Shown: one piece after another, positions 32,860 to 42,226 of the stretch
How positions within the stretch are numbered: the stretch's first letter is position 1
How the letters are laid out: each line of letters starts with the position of its first letter
Origin: Planctomycetota bacterium
GTDB lineage: Bacteria; Planctomycetota; UBA8108; SXIK01
DNA length: 64,000 nt
NCBI GenBank assembly: GCA_965223845.1
Contig: CBDCXR010000004.1
Span: 6,240,001 to 6,304,000, forward strand
Reading direction: 5' to 3'
Made by a program: the position numbers and the translations under genes
Notes under the pieces: model-generated
What the model saw: only the letters and a program-made list of their open reading frames with translations
Database searches by the model: none
Told to the model about the DNA's origin: nothing

Positions 32860-33336
32860 ATGACTGAGACGCGGCTCACGCGCTCCGCCTACGAGGCGAT
32901 GGCGGCCCGCGCGCGCGCGGACTACCCGGAAGAGACCTGTGGTTTCGTGTTCTCGAGCGGCGACGAGCTCCTCGTCGTCCCGATGGAGAATATTCAGAAC
33001 CGCCTCCACGCCGAGGATCCGGAGACCCACCCGCGCACGGCGCGGCGAGCGTACTGCTTCGACCCGGTCGAAATGCAGCGTGTCATGGACGCGCACGAGG
33101 CGGCGGAACGGCCGCTCCGCTGCATCTACCATTCGCATCCGGACGAAGACTCCTACTTCTCCGAAACGGACAGCGCCGCGGCCGCTCCATTCGGCGAGCC
33201 GAGCTACCCGGACGTCGTCCACCTCGTCTTCAGCGTGCGCGAAGGCAAGGTCGTCGATCTGAAAGCGTTCGACTGGTCGGCGGACGAGGAGAGGTTCGTC
33301 GAGGCTCCGCTCGTCGTGACCGACGCGCCCGACTGA
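32860..33336 (+). CDS. JAB/MPN (M67) metallopeptidase, Mec (CysO-cysteine peptidase)-like
   Basis: YPEETCG and YHSHPD...FSETD form a JAMM motif. Confidence 0.92.
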   Translation: MTETRLTRSAYEAMAARARADYPEETCGFVFSSGDELLVVPMENIQNRLHAEDPETHPRTARRAYCFDPVEMQRVMDAHEAAERPLRCIYHSHPDEDSYFSETDSAAAAPFGEPSYPDVVHLVFSVREGKVVDLKAFDWSADEERFVEAPLVVTDAPD

Positions 33337-33673
33337 CGACCGACTCGACGCGAGAGCGTTGTCTCGAATTCGTGCATCCGGGCGACATGACGTGTCGGCT
33401 GCCTGGCGTCCGGCGAGACGCCGCCGCGACCTAAATCGCGGCGAGCGCACCGTTATCGACACTCGAGTCCCGCCGTGCCGATTCTCCGGGACCGTCCGAG
33501 TTCTACCCGACGCGCCCTGGGGAACTTACGTCGACCGCGCGGGTGCCTTCAGGTCGGTTGGCAGCATCGCGTCGGCGATGGAACACTTGACGGGGAAACG
33601 TGATCGAGTGGTCGATTCGTTTGCGCGAGCACTCTCGTCGCGCGGGGTAGGCATCGAATTGAGGACCGCGATC

Positions 33674-34348
33674 ATGAACCGAATCCGTTTTCGTCTCGAG
33701 CGCGAGAGGGGCTTCACGCTGATCGAGACCACTATCGTGTTCGGCGTCTCCATCGTGTTCCTCGCCGGGGTCGTCACCGCGTTCTCTGGCCTTCAGGGCG
33801 CGGTGGTCGAAGGCCAGACAATCTCGGAGCTTCAGCTTCGCTCCCAGCGCGCGCTCGATCGGATCGTGACGGCGGCGAGCCAAGCGCTGACGACCGACAG
33901 CGAGTTCTCGGCGCTCAAGCCGAACACCGGAGTCGACTCCCACTGCTTGCGATTCCGGCTTCTCGACTCCGTCGATCCGCTGACCGGCGCCCTCGTCTTC
34001 AACGGCGACAACGTCTACATCTACGGCCCCGACAGCGGCGCGAACCCCTCGGCCGGCCTCGTGATGGGCCGCGGCACGAGCCTCGCAAACGTCCACGGAA
34101 ACGGGAGCGGGTCGGACGGCGTTCTCGGAACGAGGGACGACAACACCGGAGCGATGACGAACGGTGTCCCGGTCGTCGAACTCCTCATCCCCGATACGTT
34201 CGCACCGCAGACGGGGACGATGTTCGAGGTCGACGTGAACGGGCGCCTGCTCACGTTCACGCTTCGTGTGAACGCCCAAGACGCGAACGGGCAGTTCATT
34301 CTCCCCCAAGATCTCGTCTTTACCGAGCGCGTCGCGCTTCGACGCTAA
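33674..34348 (+). CDS. Prepilin-type protein (minor pilin/pseudopilin)
   Basis: ERG-FTLIETTIVFGVSIVFL class III signal. Confidence 0.85.
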   Translation: MNRIRFRLERERGFTLIETTIVFGVSIVFLAGVVTAFSGLQGAVVEGQTISELQLRSQRALDRIVTAASQALTTDSEFSALKPNTGVDSHCLRFRLLDSVDPLTGALVFNGDNVYIYGPDSGANPSAGLVMGRGTSLANVHGNGSGSDGVLGTRDDNTGAMTNGVPVVELLIPDTFAPQTGTMFEVDVNGRLLTFTLRVNAQDANGQFILPQDLVFTERVALRR

Positions 34349-34378
34349 ACGTAGGTTCATCGTCGCGGAGGCAATTCT

Positions 34379-34906
34379 GTGAGCACCAGCCCGTTCCGAG
34401 CACGATTCGACTCCACGACCGGCCTCACTCTGGTCGAGGTGACGGTCGCGATCACCGTGTTCGTCGTTACGGCGCTCGGGGTCGGAGCCGCGCTTACGGA
34501 CGGGATCCAGCACCGGCAGCAGTCGTTTCAGATCTACCAGGGGCTGAACGTTCTCCGCGACATCGTCGCCGAGGTGCAAAACACCGCGAACCTTCCGCAG
34601 AACCTCGTCGCCCAGGAGGGCATCGGTGCGATCTACGACGTCTATCAAGGTCAGACGCGCGCCGTGCCGAATCTGCCCAACGCTCAGGTCGTCATCACCT
34701 GCTTTCCGAGCGAAGCTTCCGTTCCACTCGAGCTCGGCGGTCCGCAGGATCTCAACTTCGATGGCGACGCCGTCGACGACCTCGGCAACATCTCGAACGG
34801 AAGTGATCTCAAGATCGTCCCGATGATGTTCACGCTCACGATGGGCACGGGAAAGACGAGCCAGACGATCACGTTTCACCGATTGATTACGAAGACGACC
34901 GATTGA
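34379..34906 (+). CDS. Prepilin-type protein (PilV-like)
   Basis: TG-LTLVEVTVAITVFVV class III signal. Confidence 0.85.
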   Translation: MSTSPFRARFDSTTGLTLVEVTVAITVFVVTALGVGAALTDGIQHRQQSFQIYQGLNVLRDIVAEVQNTANLPQNLVAQEGIGAIYDVYQGQTRAVPNLPNAQVVITCFPSEASVPLELGGPQDLNFDGDAVDDLGNISNGSDLKIVPMMFTLTMGTGKTSQTITFHRLITKTTD

Positions 34907-34937
34907 CGAATCGAAGCGAGAGAGAGGGGGCCATCCG

Positions 34938-36392
34938 ATGATCAAGTTCCACCCGATGGCGCGGGGGGCGAAGAGCGACCGACCGACTCGTCTCGGCCCG
35001 TTCGACTCCGACCTCCGACAGCGCGGCGCAGCTCTTCTCGTGGCCGTGGTGTTCGGGATCGGACTCCTGTCCATCGCCGCGCTCACGCTCCAGCTCTCGC
35101 TCGCGCACGCCGCGACGGGCAAGGGGCAGCGTGAGCTCTTCTTCGCCCGGCAGATCGCCGATTCCGGGGCGGCGCAGGCGCTCGCTCTGATGAAGGAAGG
35201 CGGGGCGGTTGCCCCGACTTCGGGCGGCTGGGTGTCGTTCTCGATCGGCGACTTTCTCTACGACACCTCGACGGATCCCGCGACGCGGATGAGCGTCGTC
35301 CGCGCGTGGGGACGAGTCGCGGTCGAGGCGTCGACGAGCTCGAGCACGGTCGCACCGGACGATCCGAGCTGGGATGGAACGGGATGGCTCGTGCGCGGCG
35401 TCGAGGTTACGGTCCAGGGCGTCGCGTTCATCCCGGAGTCGGCCGTGTACTTCGGGAACGGCGGCGTCGAGCGACCCCAGAACGGATTCGAGTGGACCGG
35501 AGGGTCCGACCTCACCGATCCGTCGACCTGGGGTACGGTGACGAGCTCGCCCTCGTCGTGGCAGGCGGCTTCGGTTCCCTTCGAAGCGAGTGCGCTCGAT
35601 CACCCGATCGACTACCTGACGACTCTCGCCGCGCCGCCGCCGGCCACGTCGAATCCGCACCCGTATCAAGTGTGGTCGTCGCAGACGACGATCGGCCAGG
35701 CGAACACCGAGGCCTGGTTCAATTCCTCGGCCGGAGGTGGCTCGGCAATGTCGGGAGTCGCGCCTTCGACCGCGTACTACTCGAGCGATCCGACGTCGCC
35801 CGATTACGCGTTCCCCGTCGACTCGTCCGTACCGGACGTTCAGGATTTCGGCTGGACGCTCTGGAACGAGAACTCGACGAATCCGAGTGCGACCATGCTA
35901 TCGAGTGGAAGCCACAGCGGCACCTTCGGCGATTTGACGAGTCCGGGCGTGACCTTCGTCACCGGCGAGCTCGATGTCGCCTCGGGTACGACGTTCGAGG
36001 GCGCGGGGATCCTCGTCATCCGCGACGACTACGATCCGAACGTCGATACGAACAACACGCCGTCGGACCGCGCCCTCATGACGATCTCCGGGACGTTCAA
36101 GTGGACGGGGCTCGTCATCATCGCGGGGTGGGCGCCGAACATCACCGTCAACCCGGGCGGCGACGCGACGATCGTCGGGTCTCTCTTCGGCGAAGACAGC
36201 GTGCAGTCCGGAGGCGAGATCAGCCTCGACAGCGCCACGATCATTTTCCGCGTCGAAGATTCGATGAAAGTCCTCTACTCGAACGCACTCTTTGCGCCGG
36301 GAGGACCGATCAACCAGTTTCTTCCCGCGGTGACGAAGCAGATCCGCGGCGTCCGCGAAATCACGTCCACGTCGTTCGCGAGCACGTATTGA
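34938..36392 (+). CDS. PilX/GspK-like protein with a large Ser/Thr/Gly-rich C-terminal domain
   Basis: QRG-AALLVAVV (no Glu5) and QIADSGAAQAL; C-terminal GAGILVI...FKWTGLVII pattern. Confidence 0.8.
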   Translation: MIKFHPMARGAKSDRPTRLGPFDSDLRQRGAALLVAVVFGIGLLSIAALTLQLSLAHAATGKGQRELFFARQIADSGAAQALALMKEGGAVAPTSGGWVSFSIGDFLYDTSTDPATRMSVVRAWGRVAVEASTSSSTVAPDDPSWDGTGWLVRGVEVTVQGVAFIPESAVYFGNGGVERPQNGFEWTGGSDLTDPSTWGTVTSSPSSWQAASVPFEASALDHPIDYLTTLAAPPPATSNPHPYQVWSSQTTIGQANTEAWFNSSAGGGSAMSGVAPSTAYYSSDPTSPDYAFPVDSSVPDVQDFGWTLWNENSTNPSATMLSSGSHSGTFGDLTSPGVTFVTGELDVASGTTFEGAGILVIRDDYDPNVDTNNTPSDRALMTISGTFKWTGLVIIAGWAPNITVNPGGDATIVGSLFGEDSVQSGGEISLDSATIIFRVEDSMKVLYSNALFAPGGPINQFLPAVTKQIRGVREITSTSFASTY

Positions 36393-36459
36393 AGCAGCCG
36401 GGGACCGACGGTCCGAAGACCTCCGCGTCGTGATCTACCAAGCGATGGAACGAACGTAC

Positions 36460-37626
36460 ATGATCCGCCGAAAAGCCGTGTTTGCTGCTCTGATCGTCAG
36501 TGCTTTCGCCGTGGTGCCCGCTACTGCGCAAGTGAAGATCGACTCGACGCTCGCCGAGCTCGAGCGGGTGGTTCAGGGACTCGAGAATGTCGAGTCGGCG
36601 ATCGCGAAGGCGTGGCCGACGCGGGACCGGGACACGGCGAACGAGCTGACGAGGCCGCCCCAAACCGACGAATTGTTCACGAAGCTGGACCGGCTGAATG
36701 TGCGCCGAAGCGCGTTGATCCTCAGACTCCAGTACGCAGCGAACGACCGTCGCTCGATCAAGTCACAGGCGCGCGGAGCCGTGCCGGGGGAATTGATCGC
36801 GGCGCTGAGACGAGCGCGGGATCTAGCGTTCGTCGAAGCGCTCGTCGAAGCGGCTGGTCCGGACGCGATCAAGTCGCCGGAGTTCGTCGCCGTTCTCTTG
36901 CGGCAAGCGAAGCGCCACGCGCCGTGCCCAGGGTTCCTCGCCGACCTGCTCGCGAAAGCGCGATCGCGCGAGGCGGGTGCGTTTCTCGCGGCGGAAGGGG
37001 CTCGCACGAAGAGTCTCCGGCTCCTCAAGTCGGCCGGAGATACCGGCGATCCCGCGGTGATCGGAAGTCTCATCCGGTGTGCGAAGAGCCGGGATCGAGA
37101 ACTTTCTCGTGCGGCGCTGGACGCCCTCGCCCGCATCGTGCCGCCTGCCGCTCGGGATCCGGAGCTCGAGCCGCTCGTTCGGAGAGCCGTCCAAACGACT
37201 CGTTCTCCGGAGCTGAAGGCCACGCTCGTCGCCTATCTCGCGCAGACGCGGAATCCCGAGAACGCCGGTTTCTTCCGCCAACTCTACGAGCGGGAGAGGG
37301 GAACGACGATCGGGCTCGCCGCGGTCGGAGCACTCGGCATGCTCGGCGAGACCGAAGCGAGCTTTCTCCTCGAGGAATGCCGCCGGCTCGACACTCCACC
37401 CCGCGCCCGCGAGGCCTGCATTCGGGCGCTCGGGGCGGCGCGCTACAAGCTCGCGGTGCCGCATCTCATCGATTGCCTCGCGGATCCCGACGTCGAGCGG
37501 GCGGCGCGGCGATCGCTCCGGCAGATCGCCGGCCGCGACATCGGGCCGGGAGTCGGACCTTGGCTTCGCTGGTGGCGTACTCAACCCGAGGCCGGGCCCG
37601 ACGCGCGGGATCCCGACGATCTCTGA
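36460..37626 (+). CDS. Exported HEAT-repeat protein
   Basis: Signal peptide; AALDALAR, AAVGALGMLG and ACIRALG...AVPHLIDCLADPDV; ends WLRWW. Confidence 0.8.
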   Translation: MIRRKAVFAALIVSAFAVVPATAQVKIDSTLAELERVVQGLENVESAIAKAWPTRDRDTANELTRPPQTDELFTKLDRLNVRRSALILRLQYAANDRRSIKSQARGAVPGELIAALRRARDLAFVEALVEAAGPDAIKSPEFVAVLLRQAKRHAPCPGFLADLLAKARSREAGAFLAAEGARTKSLRLLKSAGDTGDPAVIGSLIRCAKSRDRELSRAALDALARIVPPAARDPELEPLVRRAVQTTRSPELKATLVAYLAQTRNPENAGFFRQLYERERGTTIGLAAVGALGMLGETEASFLLEECRRLDTPPRAREACIRALGAARYKLAVPHLIDCLADPDVERAARRSLRQIAGRDIGPGVGPWLRWWRTQPEAGPDARDPDDL

Positions 37627-37644
37627 GAGATCTCCAGCCTACGC

Positions 37645-38274
37645 CTAGGCCGTGACGGGTTCCGCCGGCTCCGCTTCCGCGACGGGGGTCGTCGCGGCGA
37701 CCTCGACGGGACCGAATCGCCGCTGGTACTCGGCGTCGCACGCTTCGATCTCGGCGAGGACGCGGTCGACGTGGTCGTGGTCGGCAAAGCTCGACGTCGG
37801 CGCGCTCAGAATCGCTCGCGCCTCCTCGAGGACCGTCTGCTGCGCCTTCACGCGGCCGGTGAAGGTTTCGACGGCGCGGCTGACCTGGTCGGCTACGTCT
37901 TGAAGCTCGTCGTTCGCTCGGACCTGACATTTCCGGTCCCAGCGTCCGTCGACGAGACCGGTCAGGAACTGACTGATGCGATGGAGAGGGCCGCAAAACT
38001 TGAACGACTGGTAGATCGCGACCGCGATGCAGATCGGAATCGCGATGACGAGCGTCTGCGCGAAGGACTTGAGAAGGATCGAAGGGATGCGATCCATCTG
38101 GTTCGCCGGGCCCTGCTGAACGAGAAGCCAATGGTTTACGAGGGCGAGCTGAAAGCTGATGAGGAGCGCGAAGATCGTCACGAACAGCGTTTGCAGCACC
38201 GTCTTCAGCTGTAGGTCCGGCCGGATCCACTTCCGGTTGCGTCGGGGACCTCGGTATCTTCTCGTGTCACTCAC
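37645..38274 (-). CDS. Two-TM HAMP-domain membrane protein
   Basis: Two TM segments, then KFCGPLHRI...VRANDELQDVADQV (HAMP-like) and a coiled tail. Confidence 0.75.
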   Translation of the reverse strand: MSDTRRYRGPRRNRKWIRPDLQLKTVLQTLFVTIFALLISFQLALVNHWLLVQQGPANQMDRIPSILLKSFAQTLVIAIPICIAVAIYQSFKFCGPLHRISQFLTGLVDGRWDRKCQVRANDELQDVADQVSRAVETFTGRVKAQQTVLEEARAILSAPTSSFADHDHVDRVLAEIEACDAEYQRRFGPVEVAATTPVAEAEPAEPVTA

Positions 38275-38431
38275 GGTGGTGCGCCCTCGGGGGTCGGTAG
38301 CGTTGGGGTTGTGGGGCAAGTAGACAGCATTCGTCTATCGGCGTTTGCTCTGTCGTCTATTCAGTGGACGAGCGCCCCAACGTGCCGCAGGAACGTTTCC
38401 GGCCCTGCGGCGATGGTGCTCGCGATCGCCC

Positions 38432-41400
38432 TCAACGCGTCCTACGAGCGAGCTCTTCCTTCCAGGAATAGAGCGTCGGCACGATGAAGACCGTAATGAG
38501 GGCGACCAGCATCCCCCCGAAGGTCGGGATCGCCATCGGCACCATGACGTCCGATCCACGCCCGGTCGACGTGAGTATCGGAACGAGCGCGAGGATCGTC
38601 GTGCCGACGGTCATGAGGCACGGGCGGATCCGCCGCTTCCCGGCTTCGACGACCGCTTCGCGGATCTGGTCGCGAGTCTGAGGATCCCGGGCGTCGAAAA
38701 CTTGCTTCAGGTAAGTACCGTTGATGACGCCGTCGTCGGTCGCGATGCCGAAGAGCGCGAGGAATCCGACCCACACCGCGACCGAGAGGTTGTAGGGACG
38801 GACGTGAAAGAGCTCGCGCAGGTTGGCGCCGAAGACCGAAACGTCGAGGAACCAATCCTCGCCGTAGAGCCAGAGCAGGAGAAAGCCGCCGCTCCAGGCG
38901 ACGAAAACGCCGCTGAAGACGATGAGGCTCGTCGCGACGGACCGAAACTGGAGATAGAGGATGAGGAGGATGATCGCGAGCGCGACCGGGATGACGAGGC
39001 GGAGGCGTCGCTCGGAGCGGATCTGGTGCTCGTAGCTCCCGGCGAAGCGGTAGGTGACTCCCTGCGGGCGCGTAAGGCGACCCTCGCGCTCCGCCGCGGC
39101 GAGGTGGGCCTTCGCCTCCTCGACAACGTCGACCTCCGCCGCGCCGTCGATCTTGTCGAAGGTGACGTAGGCGACGAGCTGGGTGTCTTCGCCCTTGATC
39201 ACCATGGGGCCGGGTCGGTACTCGATGCGCGCGAGCTGGCCGATCGGGATGTGCGCACCGGTGGGCGTCGGAACGAGGATCTTCGCCATCGACTCGATGC
39301 TGTCGCGGAGCTCGCGGAGGTATCGAACACGTACGGGATAGCGTTCGCGTCCTTCGAACGTCGTCGTAAGCGCCCGCCCTCCGATCGCGACCTCGACGAC
39401 GTCCTGAATCTGCCGCACGGAGATGCCGTAACGTGCAATCGCTTTTCGGTCGATCTCGAACTCGAGGTAGGGCTTCCCGATCACACGGTCGGCGTTCACC
39501 GTTCCCGGGCGAATCGACGGGACGCGGCGGAGGAGGGCCTCGATTTCGAGCGCGGCCGACGAGAGCGCCGCGAGATCCGGACCGAACACCTTGACGCCGA
39601 GCGGCGCACGCATCCCGGTCTGAAGCATGACGAGGCGCGTTTCGATGGGCTGGAGCTTCGGCGCAGACGTCGAGCCCGGGATCTTCGCGACGCGCTCGAT
39701 CTCGCGCCAAATATCGTCTTCCGTGCGGATCTCATCCCGCCACTGGCGGTAGGGCTTCCCCTCCGGATCCTCGATCAGCTCTCCGCGTGAATCCCGGACG
39801 AATTCGCCCTCGTGCGTGACCTTGAATCGGCGGGGTCGTCCGTCGCCGTCGAGCGCGTACTCCGGCTTGTACGTGATGATCGTCTCCACCATCGAGAGCG
39901 GCGCGGGATCGAGTGCGCTCTCGGCGCGGCCGATCTTTCCGACCACGAGCTCGACCTCGGGGAGGCTTCGGATCGCGAGGTCTTGCTTGCGGAGCGCGTC
40001 CATCGCTTCGCCGATCGAAGCGTGCGGCATCGTCGTCGGCATGTAGAGGAAGGATCCCTCCGAGAGGCGCGGCATGAATTCTTCGCCGAGACCGGGGAAG
40101 GTTCGCTCGAGGAAACGCCACGGCGCCGACCCGCGCGCCGCGTCTTCGTCGACTCCGACGAGCGCGAGCGCGCGCGGTACGAATCCGAAAACGGCCGGCG
40201 CCCCGAGCCAGATCGTGACACCGAGAAGAGCGACCGCGGCCGGCAGAGAGAGAAAGAGGAGCTTGTGCCGGAGGCACCACCGCAGGATCGGCTCGTAGAA
40301 GCGCGAAAAGATCGCGATCACGAAGTACACCGAACCGAGGATGAGCGCGACGAAGACGAGATTCCGCGCGAATCCGCGCCCGACTCCGAGCGGGAGCCAG
40401 TGCTCGGTGAGGAACGCGAGGCCGATCGCGATCGCCCCGGCGACAGCCGCGCGCGGTCCCCAGCGCCGAACGAACGCGGGAAGCCGGCGCTCGACCAGAA
40501 ACCAGAGACCGAACGCGCTCGCAACGACGCCGAGCGGGAGCGAAACGCGAAGCGCGAGCCAGGCGCCTCCGACGAGTGTCGCGAGCGAAAGCCCCGCCCG
40601 GATCGCGGGGCGTCGTACCCGTCCCGCAAACAGTAGATGCGCGAGCGGCGGAAGAACGAAGACGGCGACGACGACCGAGCTCGCGAGGGCGAACGTCTTC
40701 GTGAACGCGAGCGGCCGGAAGAGCTTCCCCTCCGCCGCTTCCATCGTGAAAACAGGGAGAAAGCTGACGACCGTCGTGAGCACTGCGGTGAGGACCGCGC
40801 CGGCGACTTCGGTAGACGCACGGTACACCACCTCGAGCCGGCTCTCGTCGGGGGGAGCCTCCTCGAGTCGGCGGAGGACGTTCTCCGCGAGAACGACCCC
40901 CATGTCGACCATGGTGCCGATGGCGATCGCGATCCCGGAGAGCGCGACGATGTTCGCATCGACGCCGAATTCCTTCATCGCGATGAAGGAGAGCAGCACG
41001 GCGAGCGGGAGAACGCCCGAGATGAGGAGCGAGCTTCGGAGATGGAGCGCCATGAGAAGGACGACGATCATCGTCACTAAGATCTCGTCGGCGAGCGCCG
41101 AGCTCAGCGTTTCGAGCGTCTCGTAGATGAGTTCCGTCCGGTCGTAGAACGGGACGATCGTCACCTGGCTCACGGTGCCGTCGTCGAGGACCTTCGAGGG
41201 AAGCGCGGCCGAAATCTCGGCGATCCTTTCCTTGAGGCGCTGGATCGTTGCGAGGGGATTTTCGCCGTAGCGAACGGTGACGATGCCTCCGACCGCCTCG
41301 GTGCCCTCCTTGTCGAGCGCGCCGCGCCGAAACGCCGGTCCCTCGCTCACGAACGCGACGTCGCGGATGCTGATCGGGACGTTCTCGTTGACCTTGATCA

Positions 41401-42226
41401 CCGTGTCGCGAATGTCTTCGAGGCTCTCGAGAAAGCCGACTCCGCGGATGATGTACTCGACGCGGTTGATCTCGATCGTCCGTGCGCCCACGTCGACGTT
41501 CGACATCCGCACGGCGCGAAAGACCTGCTCGAGCGTCACTCCGTGCGCGCGCATCGCGTCGGGGTCGACGTCGATTTGATACTCGCGCACGAACCCGCCG
41601 ACGGACGCGACCTCGCTCACGCCCTCGACGGGCGCGAGCGCGAGGCGGACCTGCCAGTCCTGGATCGCGCGGAGCTCCTCGAGGTCCCAGCCGCCTGCGG
41701 GCCGGCCGTGCCGGTCGCGCCCCTCGAGCGTGTACTGATAGATTTGCCCGAGCGGCGTCGCGTCGGGCCCGAGCCGCGGCTGAACTCCCGGCGGGAGCGT
41801 CGAGCGCGGCAGGCTGCTCAGCTTCTCGAGTATGCGGACCCGCGACCAGTCGAACTCGGCGTCGTCGCGGAAGATCACGTAGACGCTCGAAAACCCGAAG
41901 TACGAGTAGCTCCGAACGGTCTTCACCTTCGGGATCCCGAGGAGCGACACGGTGAGGGGATAGGTGATCTGATCCTCGACGTCTTCCGGCGAGCGACCGG
42001 GCCACTCGGTGAAGACGATCTGCTGGTTCTCCCCGTAGTCGGGGATGGCGTCGACGGGGACGGGGTCGCGAGGGAGTCCGGCGACATCCCAGTCGAACGG
42101 CGCGACGAGTGCGCCCCAGAGCACGAAACCGGCGGTCACGAGCGCGACGACGAGCTTGTTCTCGAGGGCGAAGCGGATCGCGCGATCGAGTGGACCGCGC
42201 GCAGGCGCGTTATTCATTGCGATCAC
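38432..42226 (-). CDS. cusA: CusA/CzcA heavy-metal efflux RND permease
   Basis: VDAIPDYGENQQIVFTEWPGRSP, LGPDAT, GIAIAIGTMVD, GKLFRPLAFTKT and RIRPCLMT. Confidence 0.95.
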   Translation of the reverse strand: MIAMNNAPARGPLDRAIRFALENKLVVALVTAGFVLWGALVAPFDWDVAGLPRDPVPVDAIPDYGENQQIVFTEWPGRSPEDVEDQITYPLTVSLLGIPKVKTVRSYSYFGFSSVYVIFRDDAEFDWSRVRILEKLSSLPRSTLPPGVQPRLGPDATPLGQIYQYTLEGRDRHGRPAGGWDLEELRAIQDWQVRLALAPVEGVSEVASVGGFVREYQIDVDPDAMRAHGVTLEQVFRAVRMSNVDVGARTIEINRVEYIIRGVGFLESLEDIRDTVIKVNENVPISIRDVAFVSEGPAFRRGALDKEGTEAVGGIVTVRYGENPLATIQRLKERIAEISAALPSKVLDDGTVSQVTIVPFYDRTELIYETLETLSSALADEILVTMIVVLLMALHLRSSLLISGVLPLAVLLSFIAMKEFGVDANIVALSGIAIAIGTMVDMGVVLAENVLRRLEEAPPDESRLEVVYRASTEVAGAVLTAVLTTVVSFLPVFTMEAAEGKLFRPLAFTKTFALASSVVVAVFVLPPLAHLLFAGRVRRPAIRAGLSLATLVGGAWLALRVSLPLGVVASAFGLWFLVERRLPAFVRRWGPRAAVAGAIAIGLAFLTEHWLPLGVGRGFARNLVFVALILGSVYFVIAIFSRFYEPILRWCLRHKLLFLSLPAAVALLGVTIWLGAPAVFGFVPRALALVGVDEDAARGSAPWRFLERTFPGLGEEFMPRLSEGSFLYMPTTMPHASIGEAMDALRKQDLAIRSLPEVELVVGKIGRAESALDPAPLSMVETIITYKPEYALDGDGRPRRFKVTHEGEFVRDSRGELIEDPEGKPYRQWRDEIRTEDDIWREIERVAKIPGSTSAPKLQPIETRLVMLQTGMRAPLGVKVFGPDLAALSSAALEIEALLRRVPSIRPGTVNADRVIGKPYLEFEIDRKAIARYGISVRQIQDVVEVAIGGRALTTTFEGRERYPVRVRYLRELRDSIESMAKILVPTPTGAHIPIGQLARIEYRPGPMVIKGEDTQLVAYVTFDKIDGAAEVDVVEEAKAHLAAAEREGRLTRPQGVTYRFAGSYEHQIRSERRLRLVIPVALAIILLILYLQFRSVATSLIVFSGVFVAWSGGFLLLWLYGEDWFLDVSVFGANLRELFHVRPYNLSVAVWVGFLALFGIATDDGVINGTYLKQVFDARDPQTRDQIREAVVEAGKRRIRPCLMTVGTTILALVPILTSTGRGSDVMVPMAIPTFGGMLVALITVFIVPTLYSWKEELARRTR

